From Alphaproteobacteria bacterium (GTDB lineage Bacteria; Pseudomonadota; Alphaproteobacteria; CALKHQ01), in assembly GCA_965227515.1 (NCBI GenBank), contig CBDDFZ010000002.1, positions 64,001-128,000 of the forward strand: a DNA stretch of 64,000 bases, written 5' to 3'. Below the pieces are notes generated by a model. The model was not told where the DNA came from and searched no databases. It saw nothing but the letters and a program-made list of their open reading frames with translations. A program made the translations under genes and the position numbers. Of the stretch, positions 13,034 to 26,289 are shown piece after piece. The stretch's first letter is position 1. Each line of letters begins with the position of its first letter.

Positions 13034-14374
13034 CTAAACGTTCAGCAGCAGGTGCTCGCGCTCCCACGGGCTGACCACGCTCTGATAGGCCTCCCACTCG
13101 TGGGCCTTCACCTCCAGCAGCGCATCGACGAACCGGCTGCCCAGCACCTCGCGTATCTGCTTCGACGCCGACAACCGGGCCAGCGCATCGGGCAGGTGGC
13201 GCGACAGCGAATGCGCCAGGCGGTAGGCGCTGCCCTCCACAGCCGGTTTCGGCTTCATCCGTCCGGCCATGCCCAGATAGCCGCAGGCGAGCGACGCCGC
13301 GATCGCCAGATAGGGGTTGACGTCGGCGCCGGCGACCCGGTTTTCCACCCGCCGGCCCTCGGGCCCCGACAGCGGCACCCTCAGCCCGACCGTGCGGTTG
13401 TCGCGCCCCCAGTGGGTATTGATCGGCGCGTCGGAGTTCTTCACCAGCCGCCGGTACGAGTTCGGGTTGGGGGCGAAGATCGGCATCACCGCGGGAATGA
13501 ACTTCTGCAGGCCGGCGATATGGGCCCGGAACAGGGCGGAGTCGGTGCCGGCCTTGGTGGCGAACAGGTTGACGCCGTCGTCGTCGACCACCGACTGGTG
13601 CACGTGCATGGCGCTGCCGGGCTGGTTCTGCATCGGCTTGGCCATGAAGGTGGCATAGACGCCGTGCTTCACCGCGGCATGGCGCAGGGTGCGCTTGAAC
13701 AGGAACACCTGGTCGGCCAGTGCCATCGGCTCGCCATGCTCGAAGTTGATCTCCAGCTGCGCGGCGCCGGACTCGTGGTTCATGGTGTCGACGTCGATCT
13801 CCTGCGCCTCGCAGAAGGCGTAGACGTCCTCCATGAACGGGTCGAACTCGTTGGCCGCCTCGATGCCGAAGGCCTGGCGGCCGGTTTCCTGCCGGCCGGA
13901 TTTGCCGATAGGGGGCTCCAGCGGGTAGTCCGCGTCGTCGTTCACCTTGACCAGGAAGAACTCCAGCTCGGGTGCGACGACCGGGTGCCAGCCGCGCTCG
14001 CGGTAGAGGTCCAGCACGCCGCGCAGAACCTGCCGGGGCGCGATATCGACGGTGGTGCCATCGCGGTAGAAGGCGTCGCAGATCACCTGGCCGGTCACTT
14101 CCTCGTACCACGGCACGAACCGTTTGGTGGCCGGGTCGGGGTGCAGGTAGATGTCGATGGCGACGGGATCGACGACGGTGCTGTTGGCGAAGTCCCCGGT
14201 CACCGTCTGGGCGAACACATACTCCGGCAGCCTGAGGCCGCGCTCGGCCAGGCTGGCGTGGAACTTGTCCGCCGGCAGGATCTTGCCGCGCGCGATGCCC
14301 GACATGTCGGGCACCAGGCATTCGACCTCGGTGATGACGTTCTGCTGCAGCCAGTCGGTGAAGGCGCTGGTCAT
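13034..14374 (-). CDS. Glutamine synthetase-like gamma-glutamyl-amine ligase (PuuA/SpuI/PauA type)
   Basis: DMSGIARGK, APELEFFL, HESGAAQLEIN, ATFMAKP, GSAMHVHQS, WGRDNRT, RVENR; adjacent to an omega-transaminase. Confidence 0.9.
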   Translation of the reverse strand: MTSAFTDWLQQNVITEVECLVPDMSGIARGKILPADKFHASLAERGLRLPEYVFAQTVTGDFANSTVVDPVAIDIYLHPDPATKRFVPWYEEVTGQVICDAFYRDGTTVDIAPRQVLRGVLDLYRERGWHPVVAPELEFFLVKVNDDADYPLEPPIGKSGRQETGRQAFGIEAANEFDPFMEDVYAFCEAQEIDVDTMNHESGAAQLEINFEHGEPMALADQVFLFKRTLRHAAVKHGVYATFMAKPMQNQPGSAMHVHQSVVDDDGVNLFATKAGTDSALFRAHIAGLQKFIPAVMPIFAPNPNSYRRLVKNSDAPINTHWGRDNRTVGLRVPLSGPEGRRVENRVAGADVNPYLAIAASLACGYLGMAGRMKPKPAVEGSAYRLAHSLSRHLPDALARLSASKQIREVLGSRFVDALLEVKAHEWEAYQSVVSPWEREHLLLNV

Positions 14375-14432
14375 GGCGCGCTAGGATGCGGGGCGCGCCG
14401 GACGAACCGGCCGCACGCCCCGCAAGCCAGGC

Positions 14433-15779
<1,347 letters not shown>

Positions 15780-16033
15780 GCACTGATCCTCGCGAGTTTT
15801 CGGGCCCTGCCGGCACGGTGCCGGCGCGGGGCGACGTCGAATGTGGGCTTGGGCGACCTTGGCGCCGTATCAAACAGCCATACAATCACGGCCCCGGCAC
15901 GATGGAAAGCGCCGAATCCGCGCGCCCCGCCGTCCGCCGCTTTTTGCAGGTCATTACAACCAATTCAGGATACAATGGCGCATCCCCTGGGCTGGCAGCC
16001 AAAGCCGGCCCGCCGTACGTCGTGTGGATCGCC

Positions 16034-17173
16034 ATGGCGTTGACGCCGGAAGAACAACGGGTGCTGGCCGAGGTCCGCGCCAACCCGTTCCTTGCTCAGT
16101 CCGAGCTGGCCGAGCGGTTGGGCCTGCCGGAGGAACACGTCCGCGCCCTGGTCCGCCGCCTGCAAGAGGCCGGTGAGATCCTGGGCCGCGCCTATGTGCT
16201 GCCGCAGTCCGACGCGGTGTGCTGCATGGGCGGCATGAACCTGGACCGGGTGGTGCGGCTGGCCGCACCCGGGCAGCTCGCCACCTCCAACCCCGCGCGA
16301 TCGACCACCGCGCGCGGCGGCGTGGCGCGCAACGTGGCCGAGAATCTGGTCCGTCTGCGGGTGCCGGCCCGCATAATCTCCATCGTTGGCGACGATCCGG
16401 CGGGCCACACGCTGATCGAGGAGACACAGGCGGTCGGCGTCGATGCTAGCCAGGTTTCGGTCATCTCCGGCGCCACCACCGGCTCCTACACCGCCATCAT
16501 GCAGCCGAACGGCGAGCTGTGGGCCGGCATTGCCGAAACCGAGATTTGCGATGCGCTGATCCCGTTCATGCTGGCCGGCCGCTGGAGCCACATCGCCTCG
16601 GCCAGCATGGTGTTCGCCGAGGCCAATCTGCCCGCCGAGACACTGGCCCGGCTGGTGGAAAAGAGCCGCGACTATGGCTTGCGGCTGGCCCTCGACACGG
16701 TGTCGGTTGCCAAGGCCAAGCGGCTGCCGCGCGACCTTTCGGGCTGCGAGGTGGTGTTCTGCAACCGCGACGAGGCGGCGGCCCTGGTCGACGGCGATCC
16801 CGACACCCGGTGCGCCGTGCTGGCTGGTGCTGTAAAGGCGCTTGGCCCGCGCATCGTCGTGCTGTCGCACGGTGCGGAGGGCGTCTGGTGCGCGCGCTCC
16901 GGCGGCGTCACCCATTTGCCGGTCCCTGCCACTGGCATCGTCGACGTGTCCGGCGCCGGCGACGCGATGATCGCCGGCACGCTCTATGGGTTGATCAAGG
17001 GGGCCGCGCCGGAATATGCCTGCCAGCTGGGAATCAACACGGCACGGCTGGCGCTGCAATCGGTCGACCGCTGCCCGCCGGAACTGGCGCCGGAGCGGAT
17101 CGGCGCCGCGCCGCAGAACGCGGACAAGACGGGCATCTACTCCATGGAGAGCCTGGCCGAGGACGACGCGTAG
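16034..17173 (+). CDS. psuK: Pseudouridine kinase (N-terminal HTH + PfkB domain)
   Basis: HTH (QSELAERLG), GGVARNVAENL, VGDD, DVSGAGDA; co-oriented with psuG. Confidence 0.82.
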   Translation: MALTPEEQRVLAEVRANPFLAQSELAERLGLPEEHVRALVRRLQEAGEILGRAYVLPQSDAVCCMGGMNLDRVVRLAAPGQLATSNPARSTTARGGVARNVAENLVRLRVPARIISIVGDDPAGHTLIEETQAVGVDASQVSVISGATTGSYTAIMQPNGELWAGIAETEICDALIPFMLAGRWSHIASASMVFAEANLPAETLARLVEKSRDYGLRLALDTVSVAKAKRLPRDLSGCEVVFCNRDEAAALVDGDPDTRCAVLAGAVKALGPRIVVLSHGAEGVWCARSGGVTHLPVPATGIVDVSGAGDAMIAGTLYGLIKGAAPEYACQLGINTARLALQSVDRCPPELAPERIGAAPQNADKTGIYSMESLAEDDA

Positions 17174-17200
17174 CAGCCTCACAAGAATTAGCGAGGGGAC

Positions 17201-17664
17201 ATGAAAATCGCCATCGCGGCGGATCATCTGGGCGTTGCCCTGAAGCGCGATCTGGTGCCGCATCTGGAGGGGAAGGGCCACGAGGTCATCGACCTCGGCG
17301 TCGACAGCGACGCCACCCGCGCCGACTATCCCGATATCGCCCAGCGCATCGGGGCGGCCATCCACGGCAGCGATGCCGAGCGCGGCATCGCCATCTGCGG
17401 CAGCGGCGTCGGCGTGGTGATCGCCGCCAACAAGATCCACGGCGTCTATGCCTCGGTCTGCCATGACACCTATTCCGCCGCCCAGGGCGTGCGCCACGAC
17501 AACATGAACGTGCTCTGCCTCGGTGGCATGATCATCGGCCGCAATTTGGCGCTCGAAATCGTCGATGCGTTCCTGGGTGCCTCCTTCGACACCGAGACCC
17601 CGCGCTATGCGGCGCGCTTCGACAAGGTGCTGGAGATGGAGCGGTCGCTGAGGAAGAACCCGGT

Positions 17665-17668
<4 letters not shown>
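17201..17668 (+). CDS. rpiB: Ribose-5-phosphate isomerase B
   Basis: IAADH, DYPD, ICGSGVG, ANKIHG, HDNMNVLCLG. Confidence 0.9.
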
Positions 17669-18576
<908 letters not shown>

Positions 18577-18590
18577 TCGTTCCAAGAAAC

Positions 18591-18703
18591 TTGTCACCCT
18601 CGGCCGAAGCGCCGAGGGTCCATTCCGGCCATTGCGCGAACGGCGCCATGGATCCCCGGCGCTTCGCCCCAGGCACGCCTGGAGCTTCGGCCGAGGATGA
18701 CAA
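18591..18703. repeat. GTCAYCC...GGATGAC-type alphaproteobacterial intergenic palindrome between convergent genes
   Basis: Terminal arms ttgtcaccctcggccgaagc and gcttcggccgaggatgacaa are 19/20 complementary, with internal hairpins. Confidence 0.8.
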
Positions 18704-18739
18704 CTCAGGAAAGGGGCATTCCTCGCGAGGACGGTCGGT

Positions 18740-19405
18740 TCAATCCCGCGGGAACACGATGATCGACAGGAAGCGTGCCGGCAGCTTGATCAGCGCCTCC
18801 GGCCCGTGCGCGACGTCGGCGTCGAACAGCAGGCTGTCGCCCGGTTTCAGCACGAACTGCCGGTCGCCGTGGCGGTAGCCGACCTCGCCTTCCAGCATGT
18901 AGAGGAATTCCAGCCCCTCGTGGCGGAACTCGGTATAGGGCACCGCGTCGTGGGCCAGCGTGATCAGGTAGGGCTCCAGCGCGGTGTCGCTGCCGACCGA
19001 ATGGCCCAGCAACTCATAGCGGTGGCCCGACTTGGTGCCACGCCGCTCGATGGTCAGCCCGTGGCCGGCGGCGACGTGGGAGGCATCGCGGCTGTCGTCG
19101 ACCTCGGCGAACAGGCTGCCGATGGGCACGCTCAGCGCCTCGGCGAGCGCCTGCAGGCTGGCGAGCGAGGGCGAGATGGCGCCGTTCTCGATCTTTGACG
19201 CCATGCCGACCGAGATGCCGGCACGGGTCGCCATCTCGGTGACCGTCAGGTCGCGGCGCTTGCGCAGGGCGCGCACCTTGGCGCCGAGCATGGCCTCGAT
19301 CCGACGCGGGGCATCGCGCTTCGGCGCGCTGGAGCCGGTGGCGTACACGGTTTCGTCGCCGTTGGCGGTCGCCGGTTTCTTGTCGTCGTCGTTTGCGGGT
19401 GCCAT
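18740..19405 (-). CDS. XRE-family HTH + cupin transcriptional regulator (PuuR-like)
   Basis: HTH_3 (ASKIENGAISPSLASL) followed by a cupin domain (HEGLEFLYMLEG...PGDSLLFDADVAHGP). Confidence 0.9.
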   Translation of the reverse strand: MAPANDDDKKPATANGDETVYATGSSAPKRDAPRRIEAMLGAKVRALRKRRDLTVTEMATRAGISVGMASKIENGAISPSLASLQALAEALSVPIGSLFAEVDDSRDASHVAAGHGLTIERRGTKSGHRYELLGHSVGSDTALEPYLITLAHDAVPYTEFRHEGLEFLYMLEGEVGYRHGDRQFVLKPGDSLLFDADVAHGPEALIKLPARFLSIIVFPRD

Positions 19406-19413
19406 GGCCGGCC

Positions 19414-21642
19414 TCAGTCGCCGAAGCGGTTATTGCGCGGGAATCCGGTGGGCAGCATGCGCCCGGCCTGGGCGCGCTTGCCGAGCCACGGGGTCAGGTC
19501 CATCTCGCGCCGCTCCCTTTCGCCGAGCTTCCAGGCCAGGCCCTCTTCCAGGGCGAAGACCTTGGCGTCGGCAAGCCCGCCGTCTCGGAAACGCTGCAGC
19601 ATCACGCCGCGCCCGCGGGTCATCTCAGGCACCTCGGCCAGCGGGAACACCAGGAGCTTGCGGTTCTCGCCGACCACCGCCAGGTGATCGCCCTCCGCGG
19701 GCCGGCAGATCGCCGCCTCCACGTCGCCGGAGACGTTCAGCACCTGCTTGCCGGCGCGGGTCTGGGCGACGATATCGTTCTCGTTGACGACGAAACCGCG
19801 CCCGTCGCTGGCGGCGACCAGCAGCCGCCCGCCGGGCCGGTGTACCCGGATCGCGGTCACGTCGTGGTCGTTGCCCAGGTCGATGGTCAGCCGGATCGGC
19901 TCGCCGAAGCCGCGCGCGCCGGGCAGCTTGTCGATGCCGATGGTGTAGAAGCGCCCGTTGGTGGCGAAGACCAGAAGCTTGTCGGTGGTCTGGGCGTGCA
20001 GCCGGAAGAGCTCGCCGTCGCCGTCCTTGTAGCGCTGCTCGGCATCGTCGGCCAGGTGGCCGCGCGCCGCCCGCACCCAGCCCTTGCGCGACAGCAGCAC
20101 CGTCACCGGCTCGCGCTCGACCATGGCGTCCAGCGGCACCTCGGTCATGACCGGGGCGGTGGCGATCTCGGTGCGGCGGGCGCCCAGTTCTGTCCCGGTG
20201 CCGAAGTCGGCGCGGATCTTCTCCAGCTCCTCCACGATGCGCGCGGCGCGTTTCGCCGGGTCGCCGACCAGCGCCTTCAGTTCCTTCTGCTCGCGTTTGA
20301 GCGCCTTTTCTTCCTTGACGATGGCGATCTCGTCGACGCGGCGCAGTGCGCGCAGGCGCATGTTCAGGATCGATTCCGCCTGCATGTCGGTCAGCTCGAA
20401 CCGGGCGATCATCGTCGCCTTCGGGTCGTCGTCCTCGCGGATGATGCGGATCACCTCATCCAGATTGAGGTAAACCACCATCATGCCGGCCAGCACCTCC
20501 AGCCGGTTGGCGATCTTGCCGAGGCGGAAGTCGGTGCGGCGCACCAGCACTTCGTCGCGGTGGGCCAGGAAGGCGGCGAGCACCTGCTTCAGGTCCATCA
20601 CCTGCGGCGTGCGCGTGCGGTCGAGCACGTTCATGTTGAGCCCGATGCGCGATTCCAGGTCGGTGGACCGGAACATCTGCTCCATCAGCACGGCGGGGTC
20701 GACGTTGCGGCTCTTCGGCTCCAGCACCAGCCGCACGTCCTCCGCCGACTCGTCGCGCACGTCGGCCAGCAGCGGCAGCTTGCGGTTGTTCAGCAGTTCC
20801 GCGATCCGCTCCACCAGCCGCGACTTCTGCACCTGGTACGGTATCTCGGTGATCACGATGACGTAGGTGCCGCCCTTCTGCTTCTCCTCCTGCCAGCGCG
20901 CGCGCACCCGGAACCCGCCGCGCCCGGTGCGATAGGCCTCCAGGATCGCCTCGCTGTCCTCGCAGATCACGCCGCCGGTGGGCAGGTCCGGCCCCGGCAT
21001 GCGCGCGACCAGATCCTCGATCGAGGCGTCGGGATTGCCGATCAGGTGGATCAGCGCGTCGCAGATCTCGCCGGCATTGTGCGGCGGGATCGAGGTCGCC
21101 ATGCCGACGGCGATGCCGGACGCGCCGTTGGCCAGCAGATTGGGGAAGGCGCCGGGCAGCACCTCCGGCTCCATGCCCTCGCTGTCGTAGGTGTCGCGGA
21201 AGTCGACCGCATCCTCGTCGATGCCTTCCAGCATCGCCTCGGCAATCGCGGTCAGCCGCGCCTCGGTGTAGCGCATGGCCGCCGGGTTATCGCCGTCGAC
21301 ATTGCCGAAATTGCCCTGGCCGTCGACCAGCGGATAGCGCTGGGCGAAGTCCTGCGCCAGCCGGACCATGGCGTCGTAGATGGCGGTGTCGCCGTGCGGG
21401 TGGTACTTGCCCATCACGTCGCCGACGATGCGGGCGCACTTCTTGAAGCCGGAACGCGGGTCGAGCTTGAGCTCGCGCATGGCAAAGAGGAGGCGGCGGT
21501 GGACGGGTTTCAGCCCGTCGCGCACATCCGGCAGCGAGCGCGCGGTGATGGTGCTGAGCGCATAGGCGAGGTAACGCTCGCCGAGCGCGTCGGCCAACGG
21601 CACGTCGCGCACGTCGCGGGCGATCAGATCGTCTGGGGCCAT
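19414..21642 (-). CDS. parC: DNA topoisomerase IV subunit A
   Basis: [45 protein letters not shown]; short C-terminal domain without a GyrA box. Confidence 0.96.
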   Translation of the reverse strand: MAPDDLIARDVRDVPLADALGERYLAYALSTITARSLPDVRDGLKPVHRRLLFAMRELKLDPRSGFKKCARIVGDVMGKYHPHGDTAIYDAMVRLAQDFAQRYPLVDGQGNFGNVDGDNPAAMRYTEARLTAIAEAMLEGIDEDAVDFRDTYDSEGMEPEVLPGAFPNLLANGASGIAVGMATSIPPHNAGEICDALIHLIGNPDASIEDLVARMPGPDLPTGGVICEDSEAILEAYRTGRGGFRVRARWQEEKQKGGTYVIVITEIPYQVQKSRLVERIAELLNNRKLPLLADVRDESAEDVRLVLEPKSRNVDPAVLMEQMFRSTDLESRIGLNMNVLDRTRTPQVMDLKQVLAAFLAHRDEVLVRRTDFRLGKIANRLEVLAGMMVVYLNLDEVIRIIREDDDPKATMIARFELTDMQAESILNMRLRALRRVDEIAIVKEEKALKREQKELKALVGDPAKRAARIVEELEKIRADFGTGTELGARRTEIATAPVMTEVPLDAMVEREPVTVLLSRKGWVRAARGHLADDAEQRYKDGDGELFRLHAQTTDKLLVFATNGRFYTIGIDKLPGARGFGEPIRLTIDLGNDHDVTAIRVHRPGGRLLVAASDGRGFVVNENDIVAQTRAGKQVLNVSGDVEAAICRPAEGDHLAVVGENRKLLVFPLAEVPEMTRGRGVMLQRFRDGGLADAKVFALEEGLAWKLGERERREMDLTPWLGKRAQAGRMLPTGFPRNNRFGD

Positions 21643-21762
21643 ATCAGGACTTTCGATTGCGCGTGCACGCTGAATGAGTGCGACGCACGCTTATCGACGA
21701 ATTTACTGGCGATTCGGCCCAACAATACCTGTTTTTTGACCGCCGAGCCTAAGCGCGATCGC

Positions 21763-22695
21763 TCAGGTTAGCGCCATGTCCATGCACCAGGCCAGGATCG
21801 CCTTTTGTGCGTGCAGGCGGTTTTCGGCCTCGTCCCACACCACCGATTGCGGGCCGTCGATGACCTCGGCCGTCACTTCCTCGCCGCGATGGGCGGGCAG
21901 GCAGTGCATGAACAGGGCATCCGGCTTGGCCCGCGCCATGGCGGTCGCGTCGACCTGATACGGCGCCAGCAAGTTGTGGCGCGAGCCGGCGTCGGCATCG
22001 CCCATCGAGACCCAGGTGTCGGCAACCACGCAATCGGCGCCGGCCAGCGCCTCGTCAGGATCGTCGACAATTCGTACCGCACCGTCGCTACCGGTTTGGC
22101 CGTTCGCTTTTTCGCCCTGGGCCCAGTCCAGCACCTCCTGGCGCAAGCGAAGCTGTTCGGGGCACGCCACGTCGAGCGTGAAACCGAATCGCATGGCGGC
22201 GTGCGCCCACGATGCGGCGACATTGTTGCCGTCGCCCATCCAGGCCACCTTGGCGCCGGCGATGGCGCCGCGATGCTCCTCGAACGTCATCACGTCGGCC
22301 ATGATCTGACACGGATGGCTGTCGTCGGTCAGCCCGTTGATCACCGGCACGGTCGCGTTGTCGGCCAGCTCCAACAGCTTGGAATGCGCGTCGGTGCGGA
22401 TCATGATCGCGTCGACATAGCGCGACAGCACGCGCGCGGTGTCGGCGATGGTCTCGCCACGGCCGAGCTGGCTGGTCGTGTTGTCGAGCAGCAGCACTTG
22501 GCCCCCCAGGTGCTGCATGGCGACGGTGAATGACGTGCGCGTACGGGTCGACGGCTTTTCGAAGATCATCGCCAGCGTGCGCCCTTCCATCGGGCGGCCG
22601 GCGGTGCGGTCGCCGTCCTTGCAGGCGCGCGCGTCGTCGATCAGCCCGCGCAGGGTGCCCGCGTCGAGCTGATCCAGGTCCAGGAAATGGTGCAT
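21763..22695 (-). CDS. argF: Ornithine carbamoyltransferase
   Basis: [40 protein letters not shown]. Confidence 0.97.
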   Translation of the reverse strand: MHHFLDLDQLDAGTLRGLIDDARACKDGDRTAGRPMEGRTLAMIFEKPSTRTRTSFTVAMQHLGGQVLLLDNTTSQLGRGETIADTARVLSRYVDAIMIRTDAHSKLLELADNATVPVINGLTDDSHPCQIMADVMTFEEHRGAIAGAKVAWMGDGNNVAASWAHAAMRFGFTLDVACPEQLRLRQEVLDWAQGEKANGQTGSDGAVRIVDDPDEALAGADCVVADTWVSMGDADAGSRHNLLAPYQVDATAMARAKPDALFMHCLPAHRGEEVTAEVIDGPQSVVWDEAENRLHAQKAILAWCMDMALT

Positions 22696-22698
22696 GGG

Positions 22699-23889
22699 CT
22701 ATTCAGCCGCCGAGGAGGCGGCGTTCCAACCCTCGGCCACCGCGTTCAGGTGGCGCATGGCGTCTTCCACTTCCGCGTCCCCGATGGTCAGCGGCGGCAG
22801 CAGGCGCAGCACATTCTCCGCCGCGCCGACCACCAGCATGCCGTGGTCCATCAACGCCGCGCCGACATCGGCTGCCGGCGGTACGCAGTGCAGGCCCAGC
22901 ATCAGGCCGTAGCCGCGCACCTCGTCGAAGACGTTGCGGTGGCGGCTGACCAGCCCTTCCAGTTCCTTGCGCAGCCGCTCGCCGGTCTGGGCCACGTGCC
23001 CCAGGAATCCGGGCTCAAGCACCACGTCAAGCACCGCATTGGCGACTGCGGTGGCGAGCGGGTTGCCGCCGAAGGTGGAGCCGTGGGTGCCGGCGACCAT
23101 GCCGGAAGCGGCGTCCTCGGTTGCCAGGCAGGCGCCCATCGGGAAGCCGCCGGCGATGCCCTTGGCGATCGCCATCACGTCCGGTGTCACGCCGGCCCAT
23201 TCGTGGGCGAACAGCTTGCCGGTGCGGCCCATGCCGGTCTGCACCTCGTCGAACATCAACAGCAGGCCGAACTCGTCGGCGACCTTGCGCAGCCCCTTCA
23301 GGTAGTCCATCGAGGCGGCACGGATGCCGCCCTCGCCCTGGATCGGCTCGACCAGCAGGCCCGCCGTCTCGGGCGTGATCGCCGCGCGCAGCTCGTTCAG
23401 ATTGTTGAAGCCGACATGGTCGAAGCCGTCCACCGGCGGGCCGAAGCCGGCCAGCATCTTCTCCGACCCGGCGGCCGAGATGGTCGCCAGCGTGCGGCCG
23501 TGGAACGCGCCATCGGTGCAAATGATGCGGTATTTCTCCGGCGCGCCCTTGGCGGCGTGGTACTTGCGCACGACCTTGATGCCGCATTCCACCGCCTCGG
23601 CGCCGGAATTGCAGGTGAACACCGTGTCGGCGAACGAGGCCGCCGCGATGCGCTCGGCGAACCGGCGCTGGTTCGGCACGTGGTACAGGTTCGACGTGTG
23701 CCACAGCTTGCCGGCCTGCTCCTGCAGCGTCTTCACCAGGTGCGGGTGGCAGTGGCCCAGCGCGGTGACGGCGATGCCGCCGCCGAAATCGAGGAATCGT
23801 CGCCCGTCGTCCGCATACACATAAGCGCCTTCGCCGCGCTCGAAAGCGACAGCGGCCCTGTTGTATGTCGGCATGACTGCGGGAATCAC
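22699..23889 (-). CDS. argD: Acetylornithine aminotransferase
   Basis: GIAVTALGH, NSGAEAVE, FHGRT, EPIQGEGG, DEVQTGMGRTG, HGSTFGGNP. GTG start at 23889 with a GAGGAG RBS; directly upstream of argF. Confidence 0.95.
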   Translation of the reverse strand: MIPAVMPTYNRAAVAFERGEGAYVYADDGRRFLDFGGGIAVTALGHCHPHLVKTLQEQAGKLWHTSNLYHVPNQRRFAERIAAASFADTVFTCNSGAEAVECGIKVVRKYHAAKGAPEKYRIICTDGAFHGRTLATISAAGSEKMLAGFGPPVDGFDHVGFNNLNELRAAITPETAGLLVEPIQGEGGIRAASMDYLKGLRKVADEFGLLLMFDEVQTGMGRTGKLFAHEWAGVTPDVMAIAKGIAGGFPMGACLATEDAASGMVAGTHGSTFGGNPLATAVANAVLDVVLEPGFLGHVAQTGERLRKELEGLVSRHRNVFDEVRGYGLMLGLHCVPPAADVGAALMDHGMLVVGAAENVLRLLPPLTIGDAEVEDAMRHLNAVAEGWNAASSAAE

Positions 23890-24175
23890 GACTGTTCTCC
23901 TCAAGATTTTCGGTGGTGTGCGCAGGAATGTGGCTGCGCAATCGGTCCTGCCCGGGGCGTTCCCGGCGGGGGGCCCCAGCGCGCGGCGGAGTATCGGGCG
24001 ACGCCCGACCCGCTGTCAAATATCGTCTGTGTGCCGATACGTCATCGCGCGACCTCAGCCGGCCAGGCGATGCCCGGCGCGGGCCACGCCGTCGGCGCGC
24101 GCAGCCGTATTCCGGCGCGCCTCGCGCATACTCTGGTATTCTGTAACTATCGAAAATCATTGGATTTTTTCAATT

Positions 24176-24190
24176 GTTCATAATATGTTC
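24176..24190 (+). promoter_or_regulatory. Alphaproteobacterial LexA (SOS) box GTTC-N7-GTTC
   Basis: GTTCataatatGTTC in an AT-rich promoter about 30 bp upstream of the SNase gene. Confidence 0.75.
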
Positions 24191-24221
24191 TAGAAACTAG
24201 GTACTGTCGGGACGCGCGGTC

Positions 24222-24719
24222 GTGTCGCTCTTCAGATCAGGTGCGTGGGGTGCGTTGTGCGGGCTGGTGCTGGCCGACGTGTCGGCCGGCGCCGCCGTCG
24301 CGAGCGCCGACGAACTGCTGCCCGGGCCGTTCGACGCCGAGCTGATCGAGGTGATCGACGGCGACACCGTGCGGGTGCGGGTGCGCATCTGGCTTGGCCA
24401 GGACCTGCAGACCGACGTGCGGCTGCGCGGCATCGACACGCCGGAGCTGCGGACCTCGTGCGATGCCGAGCGCGTGGTCGCGGCGTTCGCGCGTGCCCAG
24501 CTTGTCGAACTGCTGGCGGTGGCGGAGGCCGTGACGCTGCACAATGTGGAGCGCGGCAAGTTCGCCGGCCGGGTGGTCGCCGATGTCTGGGCTGGCGATG
24601 GCCGTGCCGTGGCGCCGTTGATGATCGCCACCGGTCTCGCCCGGCCCTATGAGGAAGGCGCGCGCCGTGCGCCCTGGTGCGATGACGACGGCGTGCTGCT
24701 GGCCGCTGTGGCGGAGTGA
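24222..24719 (+). CDS. Thermonuclease (SNase-like) family protein
   Basis: VIDGDTV, VRLRGIDTPE, KFAGRVVA, GLARPY; N-terminal signal-like segment. Confidence 0.9.
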   Translation: MSLFRSGAWGALCGLVLADVSAGAAVASADELLPGPFDAELIEVIDGDTVRVRVRIWLGQDLQTDVRLRGIDTPELRTSCDAERVVAAFARAQLVELLAVAEAVTLHNVERGKFAGRVVADVWAGDGRAVAPLMIATGLARPYEEGARRAPWCDDDGVLLAAVAE

Positions 24720-24790
24720 CACCGGCGGTGCCGGACCCGCGTTTCCGGCGGGCCCTTGGCGCGCGCGGCGGTTCATGCCATAGCTCTGGC

Positions 24791-25039
24791 ATGGACGACA
24801 CCAGCGAGACACTGCCCACCAACCGCACGTCGGAAGACTCGACGGACCCCACGCCGGAAGAAGCGACGGACGATCCGGTGCCGGCTGCGGAAGGCGGCGA
24901 CGACACCGGCGACACCGGTGGCACGGCTGCCGACAAGCCAACCGACGACGCGGACTCGAAGGAAGTTGGCGGCCGCGATGGCCCGGAGCCGACACGCTAT
25001 GGCGACTGGGAGGTCAATGGGCGGTGTGTGGACTTTTGA
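24791..25039 (+). CDS. DUF1674 / SdhAF4-like protein
   Basis: C-terminal KEVGGRDGPEPTRYGDWEVNGRCVDF signature. Confidence 0.88.
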   Translation: MDDTSETLPTNRTSEDSTDPTPEEATDDPVPAAEGGDDTGDTGGTAADKPTDDADSKEVGGRDGPEPTRYGDWEVNGRCVDF

Positions 25040-25081
25040 GGTGTGGGGGCAGGTCTTTGAGGGATAGGGGCACGGACTAAA

Positions 25082-25894
25082 ATGGGTGAATTCAGCGGCA
25101 AGGTCGCGATCGTCACCGGCGGTGCGATGGGTATTGGCGGGGCAACGTCGCGGGCGTTCGGGGCGGCCGGCGCATCGGTGGTGGTCGCCGACCTGGCGGT
25201 GGCGGAGGCGGAAGCGACCGTGGCGGAAATCCAGGCTGCCGGCGGCACCGCCATGTTTGTCGCCACCGACATCTCCAAGGCCGACGACTGCGCCGCTCTG
25301 GTCAAGCGCACGGTGGAGGCGTATGGCGGCCTCGACATCGTGTTCAACAACGCCGGCATCCAGCCGGCTACGTCCTACACCAATGTCGAGGACATGCCCG
25401 AGGAGGTGTGGGACCGCATCATCGCGGTGAACCTGAAGAGCCGCTTCCTGGTCGCCAAGTATGCGATCCCGGAAATGCGCAAGCGCGGCGGCGGGGTGAT
25501 CGTCAACAACGCCAGCGTGCAGGGCCTGCAGTCCATGCCGCTGGTGCCGGCCTACGCGGCCAGCAAGGGCGGCGACCTCTCGCTCACCCGCCAGATGGCG
25601 CTCGACTACGCGGCGGAGAACATCCGCGTGGTGGCGGTGTGCCCGGGCGCCATCGACACGCCGATGGTGCGCGCCTCGATCGCGGCGGAGACCGACGACA
25701 TGGCGAAGGGGCTGGCCGATTCCGGCAAGATCCATCCGCTGGGCCGCATCGGCCAGGGCGAGGATATTGCCAATGCGGTGCTGTTCCTGGCCAGCGACCG
25801 GGCGAGCTTCATCACCGGGTCGTACATATTGGTCGACGGCGGCCTGATGGCGCTGGGCGCGTGGGCCGAGGGTCCCGGCGGCATGGACAACTGA
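25082..25894 (+). CDS. Short-chain dehydrogenase/reductase
   Basis: TGGAMGIG, NNAG, YAASK, CPGAIDTPM, ITG..VDGG. Confidence 0.95.
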   Translation: MGEFSGKVAIVTGGAMGIGGATSRAFGAAGASVVVADLAVAEAEATVAEIQAAGGTAMFVATDISKADDCAALVKRTVEAYGGLDIVFNNAGIQPATSYTNVEDMPEEVWDRIIAVNLKSRFLVAKYAIPEMRKRGGGVIVNNASVQGLQSMPLVPAYAASKGGDLSLTRQMALDYAAENIRVVAVCPGAIDTPMVRASIAAETDDMAKGLADSGKIHPLGRIGQGEDIANAVLFLASDRASFITGSYILVDGGLMALGAWAEGPGGMDN

Positions 25895-26011
25895 CGGCGT
25901 CCCGCACGCGTTCGCGGAAATTGCAACCGGGCGCTGCGATCATTAGGTATGGTCGCCGGTCCGCGCGCCGTTGCCGGGTGCGCCCATGTCCGATGCGGAT
26001 TACGCCCGCAC

Positions 26012-26088
26012 GGGCCCGTAGCTCAATTGGTTAGAGCCGGCCGCTCATAACGGTCTGGTTGCAGGTTCGAGTCCTGCCGGGCCCACCA
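26012..26088 (+). tRNA. tRNA-Ile2 (CAT anticodon, lysidine type)
   Basis: Cloverleaf with acceptor stem GGGCCCG/CGGGCCC, anticodon loop CTCATAA, T-loop GTTCGAG and encoded CCA. It lacks the initiator C1:A72 mismatch and resembles ileX-type tRNAs; elongator Met is the less likely alternative. Confidence 0.9.
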
Positions 26089-26099
26089 CCCAGTCTCGC
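26083..26099 (+). repeat. attL core, overlapping the tRNA CCA end
   Basis: CCACCACCCAGTCTCGC, identical to 59766-59782. Confidence 0.9.
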
Positions 26100-26289
26100 A
26101 CATTGTCGTCTGCGCTGCTGTTGTTGCCAGAAGTGGCGGAACTCTGGGCTTTCTGGCGCGCTGTTTGGCCAAGAACGTGCGGAACGCGTCTCCGTTTGCG
26201 CGGTCTCCGGCGCGAATTCCAGGCGCGTCTCTGTTCGGCATTATTGACGACCAAACCATCGCTTTGAATTGGCGGCGCGGTGACCGGGC

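Noticed and set aside
26012-26088. tRNA-Met or fMet assignment from the CAT anticodon
   Set aside because: The fully paired G1-C72 acceptor and the absence of three consecutive G-C anticodon-stem pairs exclude the initiator, and the overall sequence resembles Ile2.
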